Source: an uncultured Actinomycetes bacterium | GTDB taxonomy: Bacteria; Actinomycetota; Actinomycetes; Streptosporangiales; Streptosporangiaceae | Direction of reading: 5' to 3' | Length of the DNA: 64,000 bases | Assembly: GCA_963702235.1 (NCBI GenBank) | Contig: CAVPBZ010000018.1 | Coordinates: 1,198,466 to 1,262,465 of the forward strand | Shown: positions 26,202 to 35,987 of the stretch, in pieces | How the letters are laid out: every line of letters begins with the position of its first letter | Position numbering within the stretch: the first letter of the stretch is position 1 | The notes under the pieces: generated by a model | Seen by the model: only the letters and a program-made list of their open reading frames with translations | Database searches by the model: none | Told to the model about the DNA's origin: nothing | Made by a program: the position numbers and the translations under genes

Positions 26202-26600
26202 TTGACCCGCCTGTCCCACATCCTGCCCGGCCGGGCTGCCCGGCCCGGCGTGCTCGGGGCCATCGTGCTGACCTCGGTGCTGGCGGCGGCCGGCTGCGGC
26301 GCCGGCTCGTCGTCCTCCGGCTCGTCGTCTGGCTCGTCGTCGTCCGGCTCGTCGTCTGGCTCGTCGTCCGGCTCCGGCACGTCCCAGAGCTCCTTCCGGC
26401 AGTGCCTTCAGCAGCACGGGGTGACGCTGCCACAGGGGGGCCCGTTCGGCGGAGGCGGAGGCGGCGGCGGAACCGGCGGCGGAACCGGCGGCAGCAGCCC
26501 GCGCCCGCGGCCCACCGGGTCGGCCGCGTCATCTTTCCGCCAGGCCATCCAGGCGTGCGGCGGCGGCTCGTTCCCCGGCCATTTCGGCTCGTCCGGCTGA
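26202..26600 (+). CDS. Ser/Gly-rich lipoprotein
   Basis: TTG 26202 follows GAGGGAG. Lipobox VLAAAG-C, a (GSSS)n linker and a poly-Gly tract. SFRQCLQQHG and SFRQAIQACG form a duplicated Cys motif. Confidence 0.55.
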   Translation: MTRLSHILPGRAARPGVLGAIVLTSVLAAAGCGAGSSSSGSSSGSSSSGSSSGSSSGSGTSQSSFRQCLQQHGVTLPQGGPFGGGGGGGGTGGGTGGSSPRPRPTGSAASSFRQAIQACGGGSFPGHFGSSG

Positions 26601-26729
26601 GCACCCGTCACCAGCTGAATGACCCCCGCCAGCAACACCGGGCACGCCAGCGGCGTTGGTCACGTTCCCGCAGGTCAGATCCGGTCATTTCAAGATCATC
26701 TAGTTGGTTCCTGGTGATATCCTGAGGCC

Positions 26730-27671
26730 ATGCGCCGGCGGAGCTTCATCACCGCTGCGGCGACGGCGGCGGCCATCGCGCTGGCTGCCGCGCCGAGCGC
26801 GGCGGCGTCAGTCGCCGGCCCGATGCAGCCGCGCCCGCCATCCGCGGCGGCGGGGCAGCCTGGCCTGTCGCGGCCCGTCCCGCCGCTGGCCGTCACCCCT
26901 CCCCAGGCAATCACCCCGCCGCTGGCGACCTGCGAGCAACGGCTGGAACGGGCCGGGCGCCACGCCGCCCCGACGCTCGCGGTGGTCGGCGCGTCGTTCA
27001 CCGCCGGCGTCGGGCCCGGCGGTGCCACCCGGTCCTGGGCCGTCCTGCTGGCGCGCCTGCTGCACTGGAACGCGGTGGTGGACGGCGTCCCCGGCGCTGG
27101 TTACGTGCGGGCCGGCCTCGGTGGCCAGGGACCGGTCGCCGCCGAGCTGACCCGGATCGGGCTGCGCGCCCTCGCTCCCTCGCTGGTCATCATCCAGGCC
27201 GGCCACGACGACATCGGCGTGCCGGTGCGGGCCGAGCAGCAGCGGGTCAGGCAGGCCATCGCGCTGATCAGGGCGCAGGCGCCGCGCGCCAGGATCGCGC
27301 TGGTCACCGTGTTCGGCAGCCGCCGCAGCCGCTTCGCCGGGCAGTACGCCGGCGCCGCCGCCCGTACCAACCGGGCGATCGTCGCGGCCGCGACCGCCGC
27401 CGCCCGCAACGTGATCATCATGGATCCGCTGGCGGGGCACTGGGCGTTCGCCCGCGCGCACGGCGGCCTGCACCCCACCCTCGGCGGCAGCAAGTGGATC
27501 GCGGGCAAGGTGGCGGGCATCCTGCGCAGCCACGGCATCGCAACGGCCAGGTCCTCCGCCGCCGCCGGAACGCCGATCGTCTGCGACTCCGGGATTTCTT
27601 CCGAACGGCTCCGCATGACGGCCACACTCGCAGCCCAGGGCACCCGGCACCGGCAGGGTGCCGGGGCCTAA
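26730..27671 (+). CDS. secreted SGNH/GDSL-family hydrolase
   Basis: Tat-like [10 protein letters not shown] signal, block [10 protein letters not shown], and IIQAGHDD. Confidence 0.7.
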   Translation: MRRRSFITAAATAAAIALAAAPSAAASVAGPMQPRPPSAAAGQPGLSRPVPPLAVTPPQAITPPLATCEQRLERAGRHAAPTLAVVGASFTAGVGPGGATRSWAVLLARLLHWNAVVDGVPGAGYVRAGLGGQGPVAAELTRIGLRALAPSLVIIQAGHDDIGVPVRAEQQRVRQAIALIRAQAPRARIALVTVFGSRRSRFAGQYAGAAARTNRAIVAAATAAARNVIIMDPLAGHWAFARAHGGLHPTLGGSKWIAGKVAGILRSHGIATARSSAAAGTPIVCDSGISSERLRMTATLAAQGTRHRQGAGA

Positions 27672-29047
27672 CGCGCCGGCAGCCGCAGCCGCATACGGGT
27701 GCCCCCGCCGGGCGGGGCCTCCGCGGTGACGGTGCCGCCGTGTGCCTCGGCGACCTGGCGGACGATGGCCAGCCCCAGCCCGGAGCCTGGCGTGCCGCGC
27801 GCCGACGGCGCGCGGTAGAACCGCTCGAAAACCCGGGCCTGGTCGGCCGGCTCGATACCCGGGCCGTGGTCGCGTACGGTGAGCTCGCCCGCGGCGAGCC
27901 GCACGTTGACAAGGCCCGCCGGAGGCCCGAATTTCGCGGCGTTGTCCAGCAGGTTCCTGACCGCGCGGCGGAGCTGCTCGGCGCTGCCGGCCGTGAGGCA
28001 CGGGGCGAGCTCGGACCGGAACACGGTGCGCGGCCAGTCCCGGCGGGCCGCGTCGAGCTCGGCCGCGACGATCTCATGCAGCTTGACCTCGTCGAGCAGG
28101 CTGGTGCGCTCCTGGTCGCCGGCCAGCTCGGTGATGTCGGTGACGAGCTGGCCCAGCTCGGCCGCCTGGGCCACGATCCGGCCGAGCACCTCCTTGCGGT
28201 CGGCCTCGGACAGGTGCTCGCCGGCGGCCAGCAGCTCGGCGTTGATGCGCAGGCTGGTCAGCGGGGTGCGCAGCTCGTGGCTGGCGTCGCTGACCAGCTG
28301 CCGCTGGGCGGCGTGCGACCGGCGCAGCGCGTCCAGCATCTGGTTGAACGAGGCGGCCAGCCGGCCCAGCTCGTCTGGGCGGCCCGCCGCCACCCGCCCG
28401 CGCGGGTACCCGGCCGCGGTCACCTCCTCGGCGACCGCGGCCAGCCTGGCCACCGGCGCGAGCCCGGCCCGCGCCACGCCCCGGCCGACCAGTGCGGCCA
28501 CCGCCACCCCGATGGCGCTCAGCACCGCCAGCGTGGTCCCGATGGTGGCCAGCTCGGCGTCCACGGTGGTGAGCGGCGCGGCGAGCTGCAGGGCCAGGCC
28601 GTTGCCCAGCGGCACGGTGAGCACCATGGCGTGCACCCCGCCCAGGGTGGCGCTGGCGGAGTAGGCGGCGTGGTGCCCGGCTGCGACCGCGACGGCGGTC
28701 GCGCCGGGCGGCAGCAACGTGCGGTCGCCCGGGGGCGTCCACGTGCTGCCGCCGGCGGTGATCACCTGGAGGTACGGGCTGGCCGTGCCGAACTGGTCCG
28801 GCTCCCGCGGCACCCACCCGGCGGGAATGTGCCCGTGGTAGCGCCGCCAGGCCTGCTGCTGTACCGCGGCGGCGCGCTGCTGCAAGGCGGTGCTCACCTG
28901 GTGCTGCAGGTCGCTGCGGACCACGAGGAACGCGACCGCGGCGATCACCACCGTGGCCGCGGCGACCGCGCCCGCCACGGCGAGGGTGAAGCGGGTCCGC
29001 AGCATGAGCGGCCGGCGCAGCCGGCGCGGGCGGGGCGAGTGCGTCAC
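27668..29047 (-). CDS. sensor histidine kinase (HAMP-HisKA-HATPase_c)
   Basis: H-box [10 protein letters not shown]; N, G1 and G2 boxes ([24 protein letters not shown]); two TM helices. Confidence 0.9.
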   Translation of the reverse strand: MTHSPRPRRLRRPLMLRTRFTLAVAGAVAAATVVIAAVAFLVVRSDLQHQVSTALQQRAAAVQQQAWRRYHGHIPAGWVPREPDQFGTASPYLQVITAGGSTWTPPGDRTLLPPGATAVAVAAGHHAAYSASATLGGVHAMVLTVPLGNGLALQLAAPLTTVDAELATIGTTLAVLSAIGVAVAALVGRGVARAGLAPVARLAAVAEEVTAAGYPRGRVAAGRPDELGRLAASFNQMLDALRRSHAAQRQLVSDASHELRTPLTSLRINAELLAAGEHLSEADRKEVLGRIVAQAAELGQLVTDITELAGDQERTSLLDEVKLHEIVAAELDAARRDWPRTVFRSELAPCLTAGSAEQLRRAVRNLLDNAAKFGPPAGLVNVRLAAGELTVRDHGPGIEPADQARVFERFYRAPSARGTPGSGLGLAIVRQVAEAHGGTVTAEAPPGGGTRMRLRLPAR

Positions 29048-29763
29048 GGGGCCGCCCGCAGCACGTAGCCGACGCCGCGGACGTTGTGCACCAGCCGCGG
29101 GCGGCCGCCCTCTTCCAGCTTGCGGCGCAGGAACCCCACGAAGACCTGCAGCCCGTTAGAGGCGGGCGCATCGGCGTACCCCCACACCCGGTCCACGATG
29201 GCGTCGTAGCCGAGCACCCGCTCGGCGTTGCGCAGCAGCGTCTCGAGCAGGTCGAACTCGATCCTGGTCAGGGTGATCTCGTCACCGCCGCGGACCACCC
29301 GCCGTGCGGTGGCGTCGAGGCTCAGGTCGGCGTAGCCGAGCACGTCGCGGGCCAGCTGGCTGCGCCGCAGCAGGGCCCCGGCGCGGGCCAGCAGCTCGGC
29401 CAGCGCGAACGGCTTGACCAGGTAGTCGTCCGCGCCCGCGGCCAGCCCGTTCACCCGGTCGTCCACCGTGCCCCGGGCGGTGAGCATGAGGATCGGGGTG
29501 GCATCGCCCCGCACCCGGAGCCGGCGGCAGGCCTCGAGCCCGTCCACCATCGGCATCAGCACGTCGAGGACGATCAGGTTGACGGGGCACCGTGCCAGCG
29601 ACGCGAGAGCCTCCGCGCCGCCGGTGGCCGCCGTCACGCCGTAGCCCGCATAGCGCAGCGCGCGTACCAGCGAGTCCCGCACGTCGGGATCGTCGTCCAC
29701 CACGAGCACGCGGCCGGCGCTGGCCGGGAAAGGCGCCAGGATCGCCAGGCCACCGGAAGTCAT
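29044..29763 (-). CDS. OmpR/PhoB-family response regulator
   Basis: [14 protein letters not shown]...DVLMP REC domain plus a winged-helix C-terminus ([13 protein letters not shown]...GVGYVL). Confidence 0.9.
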   Translation of the reverse strand: MTSGGLAILAPFPASAGRVLVVDDDPDVRDSLVRALRYAGYGVTAATGGAEALASLARCPVNLIVLDVLMPMVDGLEACRRLRVRGDATPILMLTARGTVDDRVNGLAAGADDYLVKPFALAELLARAGALLRRSQLARDVLGYADLSLDATARRVVRGGDEITLTRIEFDLLETLLRNAERVLGYDAIVDRVWGYADAPASNGLQVFVGFLRRKLEEGGRPRLVHNVRGVGYVLRAAP

Positions 29764-29864
29764 GTCCTTCAGGTAATCCGGCTTGGCTGAGAGGTTGCTG
29801 GAAGTTTCCGCAGGTAGGGCCGAATTTCAGTCGACTTTCACTGAGCCGGAGCACGCTCGGGGCC

Positions 29865-30503
29865 ATGACAGCAGTACTAGCCCCCGGGGGGACGACCCCC
29901 CTTGTATCCCGCGCCCCGGCGCTCTGGCTGGTCCGGCACGGCGAGACCACCTGGAACGAGCTCGGCCGGGCCCAGGGCCACCGCGACGAGGCGGTGCTGA
30001 CCGACCGCGGCGTGCGGCAGGCCCGGATGGTGGCCAGGCACCTGGGCGGCCAGCCCATCCGCGCGCTGTACGCGAGCGACCTGCGCCGCGCGCTGCAGAC
30101 AGCCGCCCCGCTCGCGTCGGCGCTCAGGCTGCCGGTCATCCCTGATGCGCGGCTGCGCGAGCGCTGCCTGGGCACCCTGGAGGGCAGCGCATTCGCGGGC
30201 ATCAGCGCGGCCGACACCGGCCTCCTCGAGGGCCGGGTGGCCGACCCGGACGCCCGCCCGGCTGGCGGCGAGTCAGTACGGGATCTGTACCGGCGCGTGG
30301 CCGCGTTCAGCGGCGACGTCACCCGGTCCCTCCGGTCCGGTGACGTCGTCGTGATCGCGCACGGCGGCACGGTCAGGGTCCTGCGCGCCTACCTGGACTC
30401 GGTCCCGGTGGAGCGCATGCGCTGGGACCCGCTGGCCAACGGGTGCATCCTGCGGCTCGCCGTCACGCCCGCCGGGTCAAGCCACGAAACGACAAGGAGA
30501 TAA
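29865..30503 (+). CDS. histidine phosphatase (phosphoglycerate-mutase) family protein
   Basis: WLVRHGETTWN catalytic RHG motif and a later AHGG motif. Confidence 0.8.
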   Translation: MTAVLAPGGTTPLVSRAPALWLVRHGETTWNELGRAQGHRDEAVLTDRGVRQARMVARHLGGQPIRALYASDLRRALQTAAPLASALRLPVIPDARLRERCLGTLEGSAFAGISAADTGLLEGRVADPDARPAGGESVRDLYRRVAAFSGDVTRSLRSGDVVVIAHGGTVRVLRAYLDSVPVERMRWDPLANGCILRLAVTPAGSSHETTRR

Positions 30504-30509
30504 CACAGA

Positions 30510-31273
30510 TGAACCCAACCGCACTGCACCTGCCGCAGCGGGCGCGGAAGCCCCGCGGCAACGGGATCACCATGGTGATCGACGGCGGCCTGCCGCTGGC
30601 CCAGTTCGCCGACACGGTGGAGTCCGCGGCGGAGTACATCGACTTCGTCAAGTTCGGCTGGGGCACCGCGATCGTGACCAGCACGCTGCGCGAGAAGACC
30701 GGGATCCTGACCGACGCCGGGATCGGTTTCTATTTCGGCGGGACGCTCTTCGAGAAGTACGTGCTGCAGGGCAGGTTCGACGACTTCAGGCGGTTCTGCC
30801 TGGACCACGGCTGCCGCCACGTGGAGGTGTCGAACGGGACGATCGCGATGTCCAACTCGGAGAAGGCAAGCTACATCCGCAAGCTCGCCGACGACTTCAC
30901 CGTCGTGTCCGAGGTGGGCTTCAAGGACCCGGACCGCTCGCAGCGGCTGCCGCCGAGCGCGTGGATCGAGTGCATCGACGAGGATCTCGCCGCCGGGGCC
31001 TGGCTGGTCACCCTGGAAGCCAGGGAGAGCGGCAGGTCCGGCATCTGCCGGCCGGACGGCGCCCTGCGGTTCGGCCTGATCGACGACGTGCTGTCCGCCG
31101 GGTTCAGCCCGCGGCACCTGCTGTTCGAGGCGCCGGTCACCTCGCTGCAGGCGTATTTCGTCGGCCGGATCGGCCCGGACGTCAACCTCGGCAACATCCC
31201 GGCGCACGCGGTCATCGGGGTGGAGACGCTGCGCCTCGGGCTGCGAGCCGACACGCTGACCGCCTTCGAGTGA
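30510..31273 (+). CDS. (2R)-phospho-3-sulfolactate synthase (ComA) family protein
   Basis: KPRGNGITMVIDGG...YIDFVKFGWGT...GGTLFE...VEVSNGTI...VVSEVG, the pattern I know from ComA/YitD proteins. RBS AAGGAGA. Confidence 0.75.
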
Positions 31274-31283
31274 TAGGCGCCCG

Positions 31284-31691
31284 ATGCGAACCCCCAGCGA
31301 CGTCTTCCACCTGGCCGTGCCCGTCCGTGATCTCGACGAGGCGCAGCGGTTCTACGTGGACATGCTCGGCTGCAAGCTGGCCCGGCATTACAGCGACCGC
31401 ATCACGCTGGATTTCTTCGGCGACCAGCTGGTCTGCCACCGCTGCGAGGACGAACCGGCCAGGATGGGGCCGGTCAGCCTGTACCCGCGCCATTTCGGCG
31501 TCACGTTCCGCGCGGCAGTCAACTTCGATGCCCTGCACCACTGCGCGGTCATCCGCAAGATCCCGTTCTTCCGCGACCTGTCAACGCGGTTCGAGGGCAC
31601 GGTCGAGGAGCACCGTACCTTCGTGCTGATCGACCCGTCGGACAACCTGCTCGAGTTCAAGCACTACAACGATCCGCGGATGATGTACTGA
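31284..31691 (+). CDS. VOC (glyoxalase/bleomycin-resistance/dioxygenase fold) protein
   Basis: FHLAVPVRDLDEAQRFYVDMLGCKL; 135 aa. Confidence 0.7.
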   Translation: MRTPSDVFHLAVPVRDLDEAQRFYVDMLGCKLARHYSDRITLDFFGDQLVCHRCEDEPARMGPVSLYPRHFGVTFRAAVNFDALHHCAVIRKIPFFRDLSTRFEGTVEEHRTFVLIDPSDNLLEFKHYNDPRMMY

Positions 31692-32758
31692 TGCCGCTGC
31701 GGCGGCTGGACCAGGTCAACTCGATGCGCCCGCTGAAGCAAGCGGGCGTGGTCAGCACGCACGTGCTGCTGTTCTTCGCGCCGGCCGCGAGCGTGTCAGC
31801 GGGCGCCGCGCTGAACCTGCTGCACGTGTCCAGGGAAGGCTTCTTCTTCATCTCCGCGTGCATGCTGACCTATGCCTACTCCGGCGTAGGGCGCGGCGGC
31901 TGGGGCCGCTTCTACCGGCGCCGGCTCGTCTCGGTCGGGATTCCCTACCTGTGCTGGACGCTCATCTACTACCTGTACAACCTGCGGGGTGCGCACTTCG
32001 CCAGCGCCGGCGACGCGCTCGACCGCCTGCTCCGCACGCTGGTCACGGGCTACTACCAGCTGTACTTCCTGGTCGTGATCATGCAGTTCTACCTCGTGTT
32101 CCCGCTCGTGCTGGCGCTGCTGCGCCGCACCAGGGGCCATCACGGGCTCGTCGTCGCCGTCGCTGCCGCGGCGCAAGTGACCCTGGCCGTCCTGCTGCAC
32201 TGGCGGATCCTGACCCAGACCTGGGCGGCTTCGGAGGCCAGCAGCTACGTGCTCTACCTGATCGGCGGTGCCGTGGTCGCCTGCCACCTGGACGAGGTGG
32301 ACGCGTGGGTACGGCGCCAGGCGCGCCTGATCATCGCGCTGACCGCGCTGGCCGCGGCCGCGGCGGAGGGCGTCTACTACCTGGCCGAAAGCGGCTTGAC
32401 AACGGTGCTGGGGTCAACCGACGACGCGTTCCAGCCCAGCGTCATCCCGTGGAACGTGGGCGCGATCGCGTGCATCTACCTGGTCGGCGTGAGCTTGGTC
32501 AAGCCCGGCCGGTCGCGGCGGCTGCGCGCCCTAGTGCGCTCCGGCTCCGAGAATTCCTACGGCGTCTACCTGTCCCACTTGCTCGTCATCGACGTGCTGA
32601 TCTACATCGGCTACGGGCGGGTGATCGGGCACCTGCCGTGGCCCGCGGCCTGCGCGGTCACCGTGGTGCTCGTCTACCTGAGCGCCGTCGCGCTGACCAG
32701 CGTGCTCGCCAGGACGCCGCTTGCGGTGCCGCTCACCGGGCGGCAGCGGCAGACGTAG
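31691..32758 (+). CDS. integral-membrane acyltransferase family 3 protein
   Basis: About 10 hydrophobic helices, with length and layout typical of Acyl_transf_3. The start overlaps the VOC stop (TGATG). Confidence 0.7.
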   Translation: MPLRRLDQVNSMRPLKQAGVVSTHVLLFFAPAASVSAGAALNLLHVSREGFFFISACMLTYAYSGVGRGGWGRFYRRRLVSVGIPYLCWTLIYYLYNLRGAHFASAGDALDRLLRTLVTGYYQLYFLVVIMQFYLVFPLVLALLRRTRGHHGLVVAVAAAAQVTLAVLLHWRILTQTWAASEASSYVLYLIGGAVVACHLDEVDAWVRRQARLIIALTALAAAAAEGVYYLAESGLTTVLGSTDDAFQPSVIPWNVGAIACIYLVGVSLVKPGRSRRLRALVRSGSENSYGVYLSHLLVIDVLIYIGYGRVIGHLPWPAACAVTVVLVYLSAVALTSVLARTPLAVPLTGRQRQT

Positions 32759-32810
32759 CGGTCGCTGCTGCCCGCGAAAGTCCACCAACTCACGGAAAAC
32801 GAGGCATCAA

Positions 32811-34394
32811 GTGATAAACGACTGGATCCGGTCGGCTGAGGCCCGCGACGGCGACGCCGCCTACCTGGAGCACGGCCGCGGGACGGCCACGCTCAGCTAC
32901 GCCGGGCTCGGCCGCGCGGCAGCGGCCTGGGCGCGTGCCCTGGAGGACGCCGCAGTGCCGCCGGGCGCGGGCGTCGCGATCCGGCTGGCCGACCCGGTCG
33001 GCTACGCCACCGCCCTCGTCGCCGTCGTGGCCGCGGGACGGGTGGCGGTCCCGCTCGATCCCGGCGGCCCGCCGGGTCGGCTCGCCCGCGTGCTCGAGGC
33101 GGCCCAGCCGACCGCGGCCGTCTGCGACTCGCCCGAGGACCTCCCGCAAGGCCTGGCCGTGCTGCGCCCGCCAGGCGACGGGCGGACGGCCGGGCCTGGT
33201 GCTGCGGAGGCCGTAGCAACCACGGAGGTCAACGGGATCGCGGGGACCGGCGGGACCGCGGGGACCGGCGGGATCCTGCTGTGCACCAGCGGGACCACGG
33301 GCAGCCCGAAGGGCGTCCTGCTCGCCGAGGACCAGCTGTGCCACGTGGCTGCCGCCGTCGCAGGCCACCACCGGCTCACCGCTGCCGAGCGCGGCTACTG
33401 CGCCCTCCCGCTGTTCCACGTCAACGCGGAGGTGGTCGGCCTGCTCGCCACCCTCAGCGCCGGGGCCTGCCTGGTCCTCGATGGGAGGTTCAGCCGACGG
33501 GGATTCTGGGAGCTGATCGACGAGCGCCGGATCACCTGGATCAACGCGGTACCCGCGATCATCACCCTGCTGGCGGACGAGCCGGTCTCGCCGGTCCCGT
33601 GCCGGGTCCGGTTCGTCCGCTCGGCCTCGGCTCCGCTGCCCCCGGCCGTGCTCGGCCGGTTCGAGGACGCGACCAGCCTGGGCATCCTGGAGACCTACGG
33701 CATGACCGAGGCGGCCAGCATGATCACCGCGAACCCGCTGGACGGCCCGCGCAAGCCGGGCTCGGCCGGGCTGCCGGTCGGCGTCGAGCTGCGGATAGCT
33801 CGGGCCGGCCGGCAGCGCTTCGTCCCGTGCCAGCCGTTCGAGACCGGCCGGGTGCAGATCCGGGGCCGCGGGGTGATCAGGCAGTACGCCGCGGGCGGCG
33901 CGGGCGGCGCCATCGATCACGAGGGCTGGCTCGACACCGGCGATCTCGGCCACCTCGACCTCGCTGGCTACCTGTTCCTGGCCGGCCGGACCGACGACGT
34001 CATCAACCGCGGCGGCGAGAAGATCTACCCGAGGGAGATCGAGGACTTCCTGCTGGCCCAGCCCGGCGTCCGGGCCGCCGCTGTGGTCGGGGCGCCCGAC
34101 CCGGTTCTCGGCTGGCGCCCGGTCGCCTACGTCGCCGCGTCCGGCCCGGGCCCGGCGGACGACATCACCGGCGCGCTGCGCGCCGCCTGCGACGCAGCAC
34201 TGCCCCGGCACGCCAGGCCCACCGCGTTCTGCCTGGTGGCCGGGCTGCCCCTGGGTGCCACCGGCAAGATCGACCGCCGCCGCCTGGCCGATCTGGCCGC
34301 GGCAGCCCTGGGCCGGCTCCGCATCAGCGGGATCCTGTCTCGGCCGACACCTAGCGCTGACCTGACCGCCGTGCGGGTTACCAGTCCTTCGTAA
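32811..34394 (+). CDS. AMP-binding (adenylate-forming) acid ligase
   Basis: A3 motif LLCTSGTTGSPKGV, A5 YGMTE, A8 GWLDTGD..GRTDDVINRGGEKIYP, A10 GKIDRR. GTG 32811. Confidence 0.85.
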   Translation: MINDWIRSAEARDGDAAYLEHGRGTATLSYAGLGRAAAAWARALEDAAVPPGAGVAIRLADPVGYATALVAVVAAGRVAVPLDPGGPPGRLARVLEAAQPTAAVCDSPEDLPQGLAVLRPPGDGRTAGPGAAEAVATTEVNGIAGTGGTAGTGGILLCTSGTTGSPKGVLLAEDQLCHVAAAVAGHHRLTAAERGYCALPLFHVNAEVVGLLATLSAGACLVLDGRFSRRGFWELIDERRITWINAVPAIITLLADEPVSPVPCRVRFVRSASAPLPPAVLGRFEDATSLGILETYGMTEAASMITANPLDGPRKPGSAGLPVGVELRIARAGRQRFVPCQPFETGRVQIRGRGVIRQYAAGGAGGAIDHEGWLDTGDLGHLDLAGYLFLAGRTDDVINRGGEKIYPREIEDFLLAQPGVRAAAVVGAPDPVLGWRPVAYVAASGPGPADDITGALRAACDAALPRHARPTAFCLVAGLPLGATGKIDRRRLADLAAAALGRLRISGILSRPTPSADLTAVRVTSPS

Positions 34395-34610
34395 AAGAAT
34401 GGATAGGAAGCCACCGCCTTGTGCGGTCGCGCCCGTGCGCCGACCGACGCACCTTAGCGGGCATCGTGCTGGACGATGGGTAAGCGCGCTGGGGTCAGCG
34501 GCGGTGGCACGGGGGCAAGGGCGAGCACGAACGCAATCGTGATCATCCGCTTAATGGAGGTGGTCAGGGCTGCTCCTTGCATCTGGTCGGTCGCGCCGTG
34601 TCGCGTGGCC

Positions 34611-35201
34611 TCAGTGGAGGGTGATGGTGAGGTCCGAGTTCTCGGTCGTGCCGAGGTTGTGGACGTGCAACGTTCCGCGGGCGCCGGCGAAGGCGCCGGT
34701 GCCAGCAACGACCGGGACTGAGAAGTCGCCTTGGCCGCCGGGTCCGTGGATGAGCAACATCGACGAGTCGAGGGCGATCTGTCCATCGCACTCGACGGCT
34801 CCTGCGCCGGAGACCGTGCAAAGGAAGTGGTCCGTGGCGGACCAGCGGTCGCTGTGGTGGGCGTGGTTGCCGGTGAAGTCCAAGGACGTGAACTCAATGG
34901 ATGTGGGCCCAGATTGGAAGGTCGCCTGCTGCTCATAGAACCTGTACTGGCGCTGGTTTGTGGGCAGCCCGGCGGGCCTGGTCGCAGCGGTCCAGAGTGC
35001 TACGGTTCCAGGCGTCGCAGTCCGGCTGCGGGCACCAGCTGAGCCGCCGGCGAGGGTCGCGGCCGAGATGAAGGCTGCCGCCAGTACTACGACGCCAGCA
35101 AATGCGCGGGTGCGCTTCATGCGGTCGGCGAGGTCTCTGCGTGGCTGCCTGTCGAGAGCCGGGTCTGTCCCCGTCGCCTGGGTGGGGTCGGTAGCGGGCA
35201 T
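34611..35201 (-). CDS. secreted hypothetical protein
   Basis: Internal signal-like MKRTRAFAGVVVLAAAFISAATLAGG. RBS AAAGGAA precedes ATG 35201; an alternative start is at 35120. Confidence 0.55.
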   Translation of the reverse strand: MPATDPTQATGTDPALDRQPRRDLADRMKRTRAFAGVVVLAAAFISAATLAGGSAGARSRTATPGTVALWTAATRPAGLPTNQRQYRFYEQQATFQSGPTSIEFTSLDFTGNHAHHSDRWSATDHFLCTVSGAGAVECDGQIALDSSMLLIHGPGGQGDFSVPVVAGTGAFAGARGTLHVHNLGTTENSDLTITLH

Positions 35202-35229
35202 GCTGGTTCCTTTCGTGTGCGTTCAGCGC

Positions 35230-35949
35230 CTAGGCGCTGATGGGCGAGTTGGCCGTATCGATGTCGGGCTCCACCGACACTGGGCTGTTTTCCGGTGCGA
35301 GGTCCCAATGACTGTCCGGTGTCCGTAGGATTTGGCGGGCGGTGACCGCCCCCGCGATCGTCAGAAGGGCGAAGGCGGCGACGTCGAGCGCGCGCGCCGA
35401 GGCGCCGACTGCGACCAGGTGCAGCACCGGGGCGGCGACGACCGTCACTGCCGCCCACAGCGGCACCACCTTGGAGCGCCACAGCGCCGCACCCAGTAGC
35501 ACGGTGCCGATCTCGTGGCCGATCAGGAAGACCGCTGTGCCGGTGGCAATGACGGCGTTCCCCGTGAACCGGTCGTAGATGGCCGGCGAGCCGCCGTGAC
35601 GGGCCAGCTCGTACGCGACGGCATCGCTGGCGACCATGAACGAGGTCATGAGCCAACCGAGCATGGCGATGACCGATCCGGCAGTTGCCAAGACCGGCAC
35701 CCGGCGCACAGTGAGGCGGTACACGCCGAGCACGAAGAAGGGCATGATCAAGGTGGCGGCGAAACCGGCCGCCAGCTCGACTCGGGCCGCACCGAGATGG
35801 TGGGCGAAGGCAGAAACAGTCGACGAGGCCTTCGACGCGGAGAACGCCGGGTAGGTGGCCCGCACCAGCCCGATGAGGGCGGGTCCGAGAACCACGCACG
35901 CACCGGCGGCCATGCGTCGAGCGCTCCGGATATCAGGTGGTCGGTTCAC
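35230..35949 (-). CDS. hypothetical integral membrane protein
   Basis: Six to seven hydrophobic helices with strong GC3 bias. Confidence 0.6.
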   Translation of the reverse strand: MNRPPDIRSARRMAAGACVVLGPALIGLVRATYPAFSASKASSTVSAFAHHLGAARVELAAGFAATLIMPFFVLGVYRLTVRRVPVLATAGSVIAMLGWLMTSFMVASDAVAYELARHGGSPAIYDRFTGNAVIATGTAVFLIGHEIGTVLLGAALWRSKVVPLWAAVTVVAAPVLHLVAVGASARALDVAAFALLTIAGAVTARQILRTPDSHWDLAPENSPVSVEPDIDTANSPISA

Positions 35950-35987
35950 TGTCGGCTCCTCAAGTCGTAGGTGGTTCGCTTGTCACC

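Noticed and set aside
34454-34582. 42-codon ORF (MQGAALTTSIKRMITIAFVLALAPVPPPL...) downstream of the secreted-protein gene, a possible small membrane peptide.
   Set aside because: There is no Shine-Dalgarno sequence and it is too short for a codon-bias test. It could equally be 3' UTR.
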